Source of the DNA: Ginkgo biloba
Taxonomy: Eukaryota; Plantae; Ginkgophyta
Reading direction: 5' to 3'
NCBI GenBank assembly: GCA_024626585.2
Contig: JANKJI020000002.1
Location: 270,136,899 to 270,159,780, forward strand
DNA: 22,882 nt
The position numbers and the translations under genes are program-made. Every line of letters starts with the position of its first letter. The first letter of the stretch is position 1. Below the pieces are notes generated by a model. That model saw nothing but the letters and a program-made list of their open reading frames with translations. It was not told the origin of the DNA and searched no databases. This document shows, in pieces, positions 12,200-21,975 of this stretch.

Positions 12200-14300
12200 T
12201 TATAGGGAGCATATACAATTCCACCTAATCTAGTTATTAGATTCTTGATATTCCTAATATTCCTTATTGTTGTTTTTTCTATTTTGACTATGATTCTAAT
12301 TTTAAGGATTGGCATAATTATTGGTAGGCGAGTTGTATTTGGTAGCCAACATGTTGACTTAGGAGTTTTGTGTTAGAGGAAGGTTAGATACCAAAACATA
12401 TCCCAAATTTTCTTATTTGTATGGTTGATTACATGAAGGATTGAAATGGACACCAATGACCCCATCCTCCATTACTTCATATTTTTCTAGAGCAACTTTG
12501 GTGTATGCATGAATAAGAAAGAGGAAGTTCATTGGGATCCATATGGATATATTAAGTGAGATCAAAATAACCTTATTATTGGAGACAAATACCTAAAAGT
12601 AGGGCTTTATGAATAGCATATTCCTAATCTCTAATTCTCTTAGTTATGATATGAAAATCATGTTGAGAAAGAAGGATTTCAACAATCTAATGATCAACCT
12701 CTCTATAATATACATGGGAATATTTAACCCTATCTACCCTATAATATTTTATATGTTAGGATATTTAGGTTCAAGCATCTTATTTTATGGTCATAATGAG
12801 ATCAATGGAATCTATAGAAGGAATGTATTTTCTCAAATCACTTCAAAATTTTGTCCCTTAATTAGTTAAATATGTATGAACCACATGGTAGATTCTTTGG
12901 TGAATGGGCATTTGAATAACCTTAATCTAGTTGATTTAGTATAACCATAAGAACTAAATCATATCCTAAAATCATTTAGGTGATGATGAGTATTATCATC
13001 ATCCCATCTTAAAAATTGAAGCATGAAAGATGTAATTTCCCTAGGTAAAGATGGACAAAATGGATCATTTATGTGGTATATCGATGTAATATAATTATTG
13101 TGAATAAGAGGGACCAATAGTTCCTATTGAGATGATTTGGTATAATTGATTAGGAACAAGTTGATATGGTGGAGGGGCATGCATGGACCCATATTACATT
13201 GGTTGTGGTATGGATGGTTAGCGATAAGGATTGTTGACAGCCCAACTTGACACCTAGAGTAACACGATGGATAAGGCAATGTGGTTGGCCTGCTTGAACT
13301 TAGAGTAGAAAATGGTGTCCAAATGGGGTCAATAGTGAGGGGTCATTAGACCCTCTAATTCAATAGGGGAAGTTCCCCTTTGTATAAAAATAACAATAAA
13401 CATAAGCAGAAAACTAGAAACTAATATTCATAAGACTAATTTTAGGTGTGAGAAATGGGTTTTGGGTCAATGCCAAGAGATAGAGGGTTGGAGCGGGAGG
13501 AGGAATAGGAATGGAAACTGAAGGTCACGATGGGAAGGTAGAAAGCTACCATTAAAGAAACTAGGTCATCATATCTAGGCCTTATGATCCCANNNNNNNN
13601 NNNNNNNNNNNNNNNNNNNNNNNNNNNNNNNNNNNNNNNNNNNNNNNNNNNNNNNNNNNNNNNNNNNNNNNNNNNNNNNNNNNNNNNNNNNNCATTCCCA
13701 TAGGAAAAATATGGATTCCACATATAATAGGAGGATTAGGTTAAAATATTTATGGATTCCCATAAAAAGATTTGGACCAAAATTTGTGAATTATGGAATA
13801 TTTTTTTATAATTAACCATACATAATGGATTGTCTAGATTATGGAATGTTTATTTAGATAGGTACCATCATAAGTAGTGTAGATTGTTGAGGATGTATAT
13901 TATGTATGTTTCTAAGATGTATAAACTATTGACCCTCTTTCATGGAAGGTGGTTTACCTAAAGGAAGTGGGGTGGTTAGGAAACAAACATAAATGTAGGA
14001 CCTCTAGATGGCATTGTAGATGGTTGAGTCATATTAGAGGATCATACCATAATAGATTATTCCCTTATAAAAAAAAATTGATGTAAAGGGCCCTATAAGT
14101 GGAGGGTTACCTCCAACTATAGGGGTATTTCCATAGGATGGTTGGTTCCTAAAACTATAGAATGATTGCATTATGGTGGAGGGTTACCTCCAACTATAGG
14201 TGGATTCCTAAAATCTTGGTGCCAATCCCCAAGAGTGACACTAGGTGAGGTAGTGGCATTCATAAATGATAGGAAATTTTATGGAGGATTAATAACCCAC
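12200..14300 (-). pseudogene. gag: Degenerate gag of element B (Pro/Gly-rich N-terminal part plus retrotransposon gag core)
   Basis: Minus strand from ~13081: IYHINDPFCPSLPREITSFMLQFLRWDDDNTHHHLNDFRI*FSSYGYTKSTRLRLFKCPFTKESTMWFIHI (cf. gag core PKFxG..DPxxH..F......RLRLFxxTLxxxAxxWY), later EDGVIG and an N/K/Q-rich tail. Upstream are PIVGGNPP repeats. The upstream limit is approximate and a 100-N gap lies inside. Confidence 0.65.
14099..14200. repeat. Exact 25-bp direct repeat GTGGAGGGTTACCTCCAACTATAGG (14099-14123 and 14176-14200)
   Basis: Directly visible. Each copy contains TGGAGG-GTTA-CCTCCA (6-bp inverted repeat) and encodes PIVGGNPP on the minus strand. Confidence 0.95.
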
Positions 14301-14940
14301 TTAATTATTCACAAAAACTTTAATTAGGATAATTAATTTAAATGGATAGAGTGTCTAAAGGATTCGTAGTGCTTGGTTGTCTAGGTATAGATCCATGAGC
14401 CATAAGGTTGCCTACTTATGTTAAGGGAGACCTTAATTTTGAAGGATCATTATTAAGTGATTATTATGTAGTGGGTTAATCTTTAAAAGTATCAATATTT
14501 ATAGACATACATCAAAATAATGTGTGAACATAGGGATTAAGCACTTAGGGTTATTGGTTGACTAGATATTATAACTACTAAGAAAGAGGAAGAACCTCCT
14601 TTAGATGGTTTGGATTAAGCTAGGGCTTTAAACATTTACAATTTATTTGGAGACATATTTTATTTCCATAGAGATTAAATAGTGTTCTCCTCATGAGGGA
14701 AATATTTGTAGGAGGTGTTAAGGTATCCCTAATTGGTGATTAGGGGGATGATGATGTTGGTTATGGAGCCTAATCGTCTTCCTAACTCAGAGGTCTTGGT
14801 TCAGCCGCATTTGGATCCNNNNNNNNNNNNNNNNNNNNNNNNNNNNNNNNNNNNNNNNNNNNNNNNNNNNNNNNNNNNNNNNNNNNNNNNNNNNNNNNNN
14901 NNNNNNNNNNNNNNNNNNCATATATATCTTTAACACATCT

Positions 14941-14958
14941 ATAATTACCACCATTTGT
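14941..14958 (-). promoter_or_regulatory. Possible LTR-end/PBS junction of element B
   Basis: The minus strand reads ...ACA-AA-TGGTGGTAATTAT (CA + 2 nt + TGG) upstream of gag on the same strand. It is heavily decayed and separated from gag by a 100-N gap. Confidence 0.25.
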
Positions 14959-15199
14959 TTTTTGTTTAATATAAATATAGATGCATTTCAGAAAAAAAAG
15001 GTTATGCTCAATAACTCAATGTGGAGGGGCTTAATGGCCACTACAACCTAAAGATTTCCAAGTATAATCACTTTAATAAGCTTGTCATCTGAGAGTTACT
15101 TAGCTAAGTTTATAGACTTTCAATATATTATAAGTATTCAAAAATATACCAACTTGGATGTATAAACATTTAAAGTAAACAAGTCTTGTATATGAACCC

Positions 15200-16015
15200 T
15201 ATTATAGGATTTTGAATCAATGTCATACAATTTTCCTAAACTCTAATACAAAAAATAAAGTAAATATGCAATTAACAAAATAAGTGAGATAAAGACCATG
15301 ATGAATTGCATGGTATACGGATATGGGTTAGATAGACTAGTTGATAGGAAGGATGCTCAAAAGAGGGAACAAATGAAATTAAAGTTTAGCTCATAAGCTT
15401 TAGAAATAATGATAGCTTGAAATCTCTCTAATGTTGATATGATTTTAAATATTTTTTATTTCAATGGACCATTCACAATTATTTTGATCATAGAGAATGT
15501 AAATAATTTATATTATATTGAAGACTTTAAGAAAATTGCTATAAACAATCTTATTTTGTTGAACTCCCTAAATTTCTTAAGTTATAAAAATTTTAATTTG
15601 ACTTAATTATATCAAAAAATGTATGCATAGAAGCATAATGAAATCCAAGTACTATATGGTATATATATATTGATTGAAGTTTATTGATTTGAAAGGGTCC
15701 TTTATCAATGAATTATTTATCCAATATTTTCTTTAAATAGTATAAGTTGAAGGGAAGGTTTTCATTTGTTGTTGCCTTGAATTTAAAATTTGTAGATACT
15801 TACAACTATATAAAACATTCATGATTACTTCAAGGATGTTTTATTCATGAGCTCTCAGTAGTAACCTTTACTATGATATATGTGAAGTGATGGGGAACTT
15901 TCACCTACTTAGAGGTAAATGATGTCAATGGATGCATTAAATAGGTTAAGATGATCTACCCATTGAATAACTTATCGTGAACCATTTAAAATCATTAGCA
16001 ACAAAGATTCTTTCT
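15200..16015 (+). mobile_element. Degenerate hAT-superfamily transposase C-terminal half (including start of the dimerisation domain)
   Basis: Plus-strand motifs in hAT order: YFNGPFTIILIIENVN (~15457, cf. FTxPIxxVLRxxD), HLL/ALNLKF (15763-15791, cf. PLHxxAxxLNPKF), DALNR..KM..PIE* (~15931-15970, cf. KMxPxxWW), LKSLATKILS (15986-16015, cf. LQxLAxKILSQ). Many frameshifts; TIRs not identified. Confidence 0.5.
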
Positions 16016-17869
16016 AGTAGAAAAGTGATGACCTTTTGGTATATGTTGTAACNNNNNNNNNNNNNNNNNNNNNNNNNNNNNNNNNNNNNNNNNNNNNNNN
16101 NNNNNNNNNNNNNNNNNNNNNNNNNNNNNNNNNNNNNNNNNNNNNNNNNNNNNNNNNNNNNNNNNNNNNNNNNNNNNNNNNNNNNNNNNNNNNNNNNNNN
16201 NNNNNNNNNNNNNNNNNNNNNNNNNNNNNNNNNNNNNNNNNNNNNNNNNNNNNNNNNNNNNNNNNNNNNNNNNNNNNNNNNNNNNNNNTAGGAGTATGGA
16301 TAAATAATAAATTCACAACCTTGTTCTAATACCAACTGATGTTCTAACAAAAAATCTATATCAACTTTAGAACTTCATGCTTTTGTTTGGTTATATATTA
16401 ATATGATACTAATCGATTTATTTTGAATTACAAAAGTGAATGGAACATGCATGCATACTAGCACTAGTAAAACATACTCTAAAGTTCGTGCAAGGACAGA
16501 GATTTAGGTAAAACAATTAGCGATAATCTTATTACAAGATTATATTGTTATATAAAACATTTTTTGGGGTCCTAACACTCAACCATATACTATGAAACAA
16601 TAATTTATACGCAAGTTGTTGCTTTTGGGCATATAAGTTGTTAATAAAATATTTTTTGAGATATTAATTATTTTGTCCTTATTAGACCAGCTAGAACTTT
16701 GAACCCTTTATTTTAGTATTGAATAAGTTGGCCTTATAGAAAATCATTTCAAAAATGGAAGCTCCACAATTAATGCAATAGAGTGCATTAAATTAGGTAC
16801 ATTTTGCTTTATGACTTCTTTTTTTATTCTCACTCTGTGTATTAAGGGAAAACAAATTAGAGTGATAAGGAAAGGAGTATAAAATATACCTTTTTCTTCT
16901 TTTAGTCAAAGTTTGTATAAGTTACGTTAGATAGAAAATATAAAATAACATACTGATCAAATATTAAAGTTTAAAAAGAAGAGTAGTAGGTCATTTTGAT
17001 TAGGCAAGGGAGTCATCATTATTTTCCACTACGTACGCTTTTGTAAGGTATGCACAAGTTGTAGATAAGCATAATGTTGCATTTCATAACCAAAAGAAAA
17101 CAATTTTAAAGACGAAGCCCAAATTTTAACTCTTATCTCATGCAGATTGTACGGTACTAAAATGTTAATTTGTATTTTGGACTTCTAACTCTTCCGGACT
17201 ATTGTTGTACTTAGCTTGAGATCAAGAAAGTGTGTATTTTATCGTACTTTACTTCTTTATTCATACAAGTGCTTCCATTCTAAGTAAAAATGTTACATTT
17301 CATGTAAAACTATTTTCAAGAAACATTTACATTTTGACTATCCACTCTTAAGAAAAGGGAATCGCCAATCAAAATGAATGCCATACAAGTTTAACAAATG
17401 NNNNNNNNNNNNNNNNNNNNNNNNNNNNNNNNNNNNNNNNNNNNNNNNNNNNNNNNNNNNNNNNNNNNNNNNNNNNNNNNNNNNNNNNNNNNNNNNNNNN
17501 NNNNNNNNNNNNNNNNNNNNNNNNNNNNNNNNNNNNNNNNNNNNNNNNNNNNNNNNNNNNNNNNNNNNNNATTAGGGACAAAAGGTAAGAAGAGATTGAA
17601 TTGATTTCCACAACCATTATGCGATTAACACAAACAATCATCGCCTCCCACATGCTTATGAACTCAAGGACCTTAAAATAAAAAATCAAACTTCATATGC
17701 TTTGGTTGACAACACAACTTTAAGCCTTCATCTCAATAAAGGATCACCACACCTTTTTAAAGGTATAAGAGAAGACCCCGCCTANNNNNNNNNNCATTTT
17801 AGTCTCTTGGAAACTATCATTAACACCTAGATGTCTCCTTTAATGTGATCCATTCCATGAGTAAAGACA

Positions 17870-18032
17870 GAGAGGCATTCCATGTTCCCAATGAATCTCG
17901 ATCCCACTTAGGAGGAAACCATCATGAGGTCTTTGGGAAGGCTCTAGCACATTAACCCTACTTTACAAGAATTTAAACTCGTTATGGTCACCCCATTTAG
18001 AAATGCTTAGACCAAATTAGTGCAAGGTGGTT
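17870..18032 (-). mobile_element. Possible decayed tRNA-derived SINE head
   Basis: The minus strand has an A-box-like GCACTAATTTGGTCTAAGCA followed ~30-40 nt later by a B-box-like GAGTTTAAATTCT. Weak evidence. Confidence 0.2.
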
Positions 18033-20070
18033 AATGTTCTCGTCATTTAGATAAATCCAATGGCCTTAGTGCTTCCCAGAAATTATGTATCTTTAGCAAA
18101 ATCCAAAGCAAGCCACGAGCATTAGTTATGATTGCTTTGTCTTTGTTGAGAATAGTGGGCACAAATAATATGTTTACTACCTTTAGTTTAGGCACCCACA
18201 ATATTATAATTCATTAGTAATTTTTGTATTGTGTTTAGGTTGGACACATAATATTAATTTGGTCAACAAAATCTCTTATGTTATATGCTTGTCAACACGA
18301 TCTCAACATAGAACACCTTCCACATTTTCTCAAACAACAAGAATATGAGTTAGCATTAATATATTCCTCTCTCATTTCTCCTCTTTCATAAACAAATTGC
18401 CAATTTTTATGAAAAAAAGTCCAATGGTTATCAAAAAAATGAGATGATAAGCATAAGCATAGTCCTTTCCTATTAACTCATTGGACTATCTAAGGTTCAA
18501 ACTTGTTTTTCACTAGCATTATGCATATTTCCTTTCTACTTCAATATGCATTGTCCCTAGACATGGGTGGAACTTGTCTTTCACACATTTTCTTTGAGCA
18601 ATGATTTTATGAGAATATTCATTTCATGATTACATAACTCAACATGAGCTGTGAAAACAAATGCTTCCAAAACTTGGTTATTGCCTATGATTTTTGTCTT
18701 GTCAATCCATTTCATGTGTATATTCAACTAAAAGGAGAACATTGAAATGCAAGCAATATATTTTAGTCTATTTAGAACACACAATTGTATTAATGAAATG
18801 TGAAAAAAACACATAACCAAATAGTAATTCTTCAAACCGGTTGACCTAATTTTTCACTTGACAACACCCTATTGAAAATTCCAAAACAATAATATTTCCC
18901 AATTCCTCTAGTGTAACAAAATGCCTAGTATTTTTATGTCAGCTTTGCTAGAAATATTAATACACTTATTATCCCATTCCTCTTACCACGCCAAAGTCGT
19001 GTAATATTTGGGCCTATGGCATAGTGGTTCCTCGTTGTTCCTCCCTCACTAAAGTGGTCTAGTAATTCTAACGAAAGGCAGTTAATTCAACCATTGAAAG
19101 CCTGGCAAGCGATCTGTTACCTATGCAGTCTACTAAAAACCGTTGTGGTTGAAGAATGTACTTGTATGATTGTATCCTCGTGTTTTTAATTAATGCAAGC
19201 AGATTTTCCAATGCACATATTTTAATGAGCACAGAAAATACCAATGTAAGGAACATGCCTCGTTGCCAGATGTACTCGTGTTAAAAACCACCTCTGCTCC
19301 AGTAGGACATATTTGATTTAAGAAAAAGTATGTGTGTAAAAACCAAATTAGCATGTATATATTATGAGTCATTAGGATCTTTGCTTTATGAATGGATGAT
19401 GGTTCATCAGTTCGTGGATAAGCTCTAGAGATTCAGATTCACTTCATGTGGTGTTTCATGACCTCACACGAATCTCGAGAAGCAGAGTGTGAGTGCTAGG
19501 AAGGTGACAAGATGGGGAAGAACCCAAAAGTAAAAAAACGACTAGTGAAGAATCCTGCAGAGAAAATAGTCCTTGGCTGTCTAGGGTCCTACGCCCGGTA
19601 CCCATTAGAAAAAATCCATTTGCACTAGCCACTGTTCCCATTTCAGAGAGTGCCTTTCTGGGCTACTATGTTGATAATGAGTACCTATAACCCCTTTCCA
19701 TGCCCACCTAACCACCTTATCCCACCAGGGATTGCCCAGCTAATTCATCTCCATAGAAAGAGCGAAATTCATCAATCCCATCATCATTGCAGTCCTAGAA
19801 AGGGCGCCCATCTCAGCAGAACACTGTAAATGTGGTGGAGCTTAATGAGATGGTTGATTGGAATTTGGAAGGACAGCGCTTGCACATGGATGCCAAATGT
19901 GGGACCCTGCCCTTGGAAGGGACACATCACCAGCATTGGGTTTGAAGATACGTTTTTCAAGGCAAGGTGGGAGGGCAGTTTCTCATTGCTTAGGCTTTCC
20001 TGTGAGGACAATTCCTCTCTCAACCATCAGCTTTTCTTCTGCAGACACAATTTCAGGATCAGATAGCACA

Positions 20071-20130
20071 TTTTTGGCAAAAATTTAGGTTCTCTGGTAC
20101 AAAAATTGTTTTCTGGGTACAAAAATTGGG
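20071..20130 (+). repeat. Imperfect 20-bp tandem repeat (two good copies plus one degenerate) upstream of the DUF4228 CDS
   Basis: TTTTTGGCAAAAATTTAGGT / TCTCTGGTACAAAAATTGTT / TTCTGGGTACAAAAATTGGG, sharing the core GGTACAAAAATTG. Confidence 0.85.
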
Positions 20131-20160
20131 TTGGGGGGGGTTNNNNNNNNNNNNNNNNNN

Positions 20161-20763
20161 NNNNNNAACACCATCAGGTGCTGTATTGCCTGCATGCTTC
20201 CTTGCGGTGCCCTTGATGTTGTGAGGATTGTGCATGTAAATGGGCATGTGGAAGAGTTAAGCAAGACTGTGAAAGCTGGAGAGGTGATGAAGGCCAATCC
20301 TAAGCATGTTTTGAGAAAATCAAGCTGCCAAGGAATAGTACATAGGATTGTTGTTTTGCCTCCAGATGCTGAGCTTCAGCGTGGGAAGATATATTTTCTG
20401 ATACCCACTTCCTGTCTGCAGAACAGCAAGGAACACCACCGCAAGTCCACTTCCTCTTCTACCCCATCAACCAAAAGGCCATCAGTAAGGAGAACAAAGA
20501 AGGAGCAATCTGCATCTGCTGTTGCCCCAGACGCTAATCCAAACCCAAATCCAAATCAGTCTGCAGAAGGTTGTGCTCAGCAGCCTCCATTCCGGATCAA
20601 ACAATGTGGGAACGTGACAAAGTTGGTAATTTCGGAGCAGTATTTAGCAGATGTATTGTCTGAGAAGGCTCAGCATGAGGTTAGTAGGCCAGATAGGCAT
20701 AGCAGGAGAATAAGCCGGGTTGGTGTATGGAGACCTNNNNNNNNNNNNNNNNNNNNNNNNNNN
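20161..20763 (+). CDS. DUF4228 / PADRE-domain protein (~200 aa), apparently intronless; start and stop hidden in N gaps
   Basis: Open frame 20167-20736: NTIRCCIACMLPCGALDVVRIVHVNGHVEELSKTVKAGEVMKANPKHVL...VVLPPDAELQRGKIYFLIP, a S/T/K-rich disordered linker, ISEQYLADVLSEK, then RVGVWRP. These match the DUF4228 motifs (MGN..C, RIVHxNGxVEE, AGEVM..NP.H, LxPDxELxRGxIYFLxP, C-terminal WRPxLxSIxE). ATG-GGN is inferred at 20161-20166 and the stop about 9 codons into the 100-N gap, so both ends are estimates. Confidence 0.93.
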
Positions 20764-21011
20764 NNNNNNNNNNNNNNNNNNNNNNNNNNNNNNNNNNNNN
20801 NNNNNNNNNNNNNNNNNNNNNNNNNNNNNNNNNNNNCCTCATTTGGAGAGTATTTCTGAGGTTGCTTCTCTCTGAACATAAGAAAGGGTGATAGAATGAG
20901 CTGATGGATCAGCGGTGGAAATTTCAAATTTTGTTTGGTGGTTTGGCAAACAAGGTGAAAAAAAAAAAGTCTGAATCTGGGCAGGTTGTATGGGCATTTT
21001 TAAGAACTGTA

Positions 21012-21305
21012 ATTTTGGATGTAGGCAATGTGTGCAAATTATTCTCACAACTCTTCTCAGAGATCTATCATCCTATTTCTTGNNNNNNNNNNNNNNGTAA
21101 ATTGTGGCCTCTTTGGTTTCACCATCCTCTTACCCAGCCTTGTGAAATTGGGTTTCATTTGAGGTGATTGATTTTGGATGTAGGCATTGTGTGCGATTCA
21201 GTCTGCCATCTTTTCTCAGAGATCTAGTATTGCCTGACTGACCATTGTGTAGATTGTGGCCTCCCCGTGTTTGACCATCAATTTCCCCAACACTGAAAAA
21301 TTGGG
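21012..21305 (+). repeat. Diverged ~159-bp tandem duplication downstream of the DUF4228 CDS
   Basis: Copy 1 from 21012: ATTTTGGATGTAGGCAATGTGTGC...TTCTCAGAGATCTA...ATTGTGGCCTC...ACCATC...AAATTGGG. Copy 2 from 21171: ATTTTGGATGTAGGCATTGTGTGC...TTCTCAGAGATCTA...ATTGTGGCCTC...ACCATC...AAATTGGG. Confidence 0.9.
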
Positions 21306-21975
21306 AACAAATTGAGTTCACTAGCTTAACACTAAGCTTCAACTAGTTGAGAACCCAATGTCATCACTCAAACTTGTAACGTTCATTTAGCGGTGGTTTT
21401 TGGCTCATAAGGCTCCCAAGCCATTCTGGTGGTATTGATGCGTGATGTATGTGGAGATCTCATATTTGGGTAGAATTTTTCCAATGGAAAATTGGGTCTC
21501 ATTTGTGAAGTGACGGGATTTTTGAGACTAACAGTAATATGAATAAGCATAAAGATTTTGATAACTCGATGTCAATAAACCAAGCCGCAAATTTTCAAAG
21601 AGAGGTCTGCTTTTGGCTTCAAGTTGCCCTGGTGGTGTTGGTGTGTGAAGATCTCATCTCAGTGTTAGAGAACATTCAGTAATTGTGCTTCTTCTTGTGA
21701 GCCCCAATATTGGTCCAGAAGGAGAAATTCGGAGTCTTCTTGGATTGATATATTTGTATTGTGTATAAATTATTTTTGTAAATATGGATCTCAAATGAAG
21801 ACATTTATGATAGGAGAGTTTCTCAGAGAAGAGACCCATCAAGGCCCTGTTGCACCTCATTCTTTTCTCAGACGCCAATAAGGACTAACAGTAATAGCAG
21901 CTATTGTCAATTTTCATTGTTGTACTGTTTCTATCAATGAATTCAGTTCCGCTGCAAAGCTGAGCTTTTGGCTAA
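21298..21975 (+). repeat. Second diverged repeat set (~200-bp period, two copies plus a partial third)
   Basis: Shared blocks: AAATTGGG (21298, 21489); TTGAGAACCCAATGTCA / TTGATAACTCGATGTCA; TTTTGGCT...CTGGTGGT(A/G)TTG(A/G)TG(C/T)GTG...AGATCTCAT (~21398-21463, ~21611-21657); GACTAACAGTAATA exact at 21526 and 21883; GCTTTTGGCT at 21609 and 21964. Confidence 0.75.

Larger units (their letters stand above)
6341..20836. other. Six exactly 100-N gaps (6341-6440, 9240-9339, 10604-10703, 13593-13692, 14819-14918, 20737-20836) plus further variable-length N runs
   Basis: Counted from the sequence. Exactly 100 N is the usual placeholder for gaps of unknown size. Confidence 0.9.

Noticed and set aside
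11390-12231. Weak inverted similarity at the ends of the nested fragment (TAGATTGGAATAGTAT versus TAGATTAGGTGGAATTGTAT)
   Set aside because: Needs a gap and a mismatch in AT-rich DNA, and there is no TSD; insufficient to call TIRs.
14099-14200. CRISPR-like appearance (palindromic 25-bp repeat with a 52-bp spacer)
   Set aside because: Only two copies, no cas genes, eukaryotic TE context; explained as a gag peptide repeat.
1610-17689. Long ORFs in the track made mostly of X (e.g. 3852-4862, 7456-8151, 15946-16350)
   Set aside because: Artefacts of translating N runs.
18155-18262. Three loose GG(C/A)CAC..AATA(A/T)TAT motifs
   Set aside because: Short, AT-rich and irregularly spaced; not distinguishable from background.
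20131-20859. ORF-track termini MGGV... and ...SFGEYF for the DUF4228 protein
   Set aside because: The start is a TTG in the G-rich leader and the tail lies beyond an unknown-size gap. Family motifs place the real start at ~20161 and the stop shortly after WRP.
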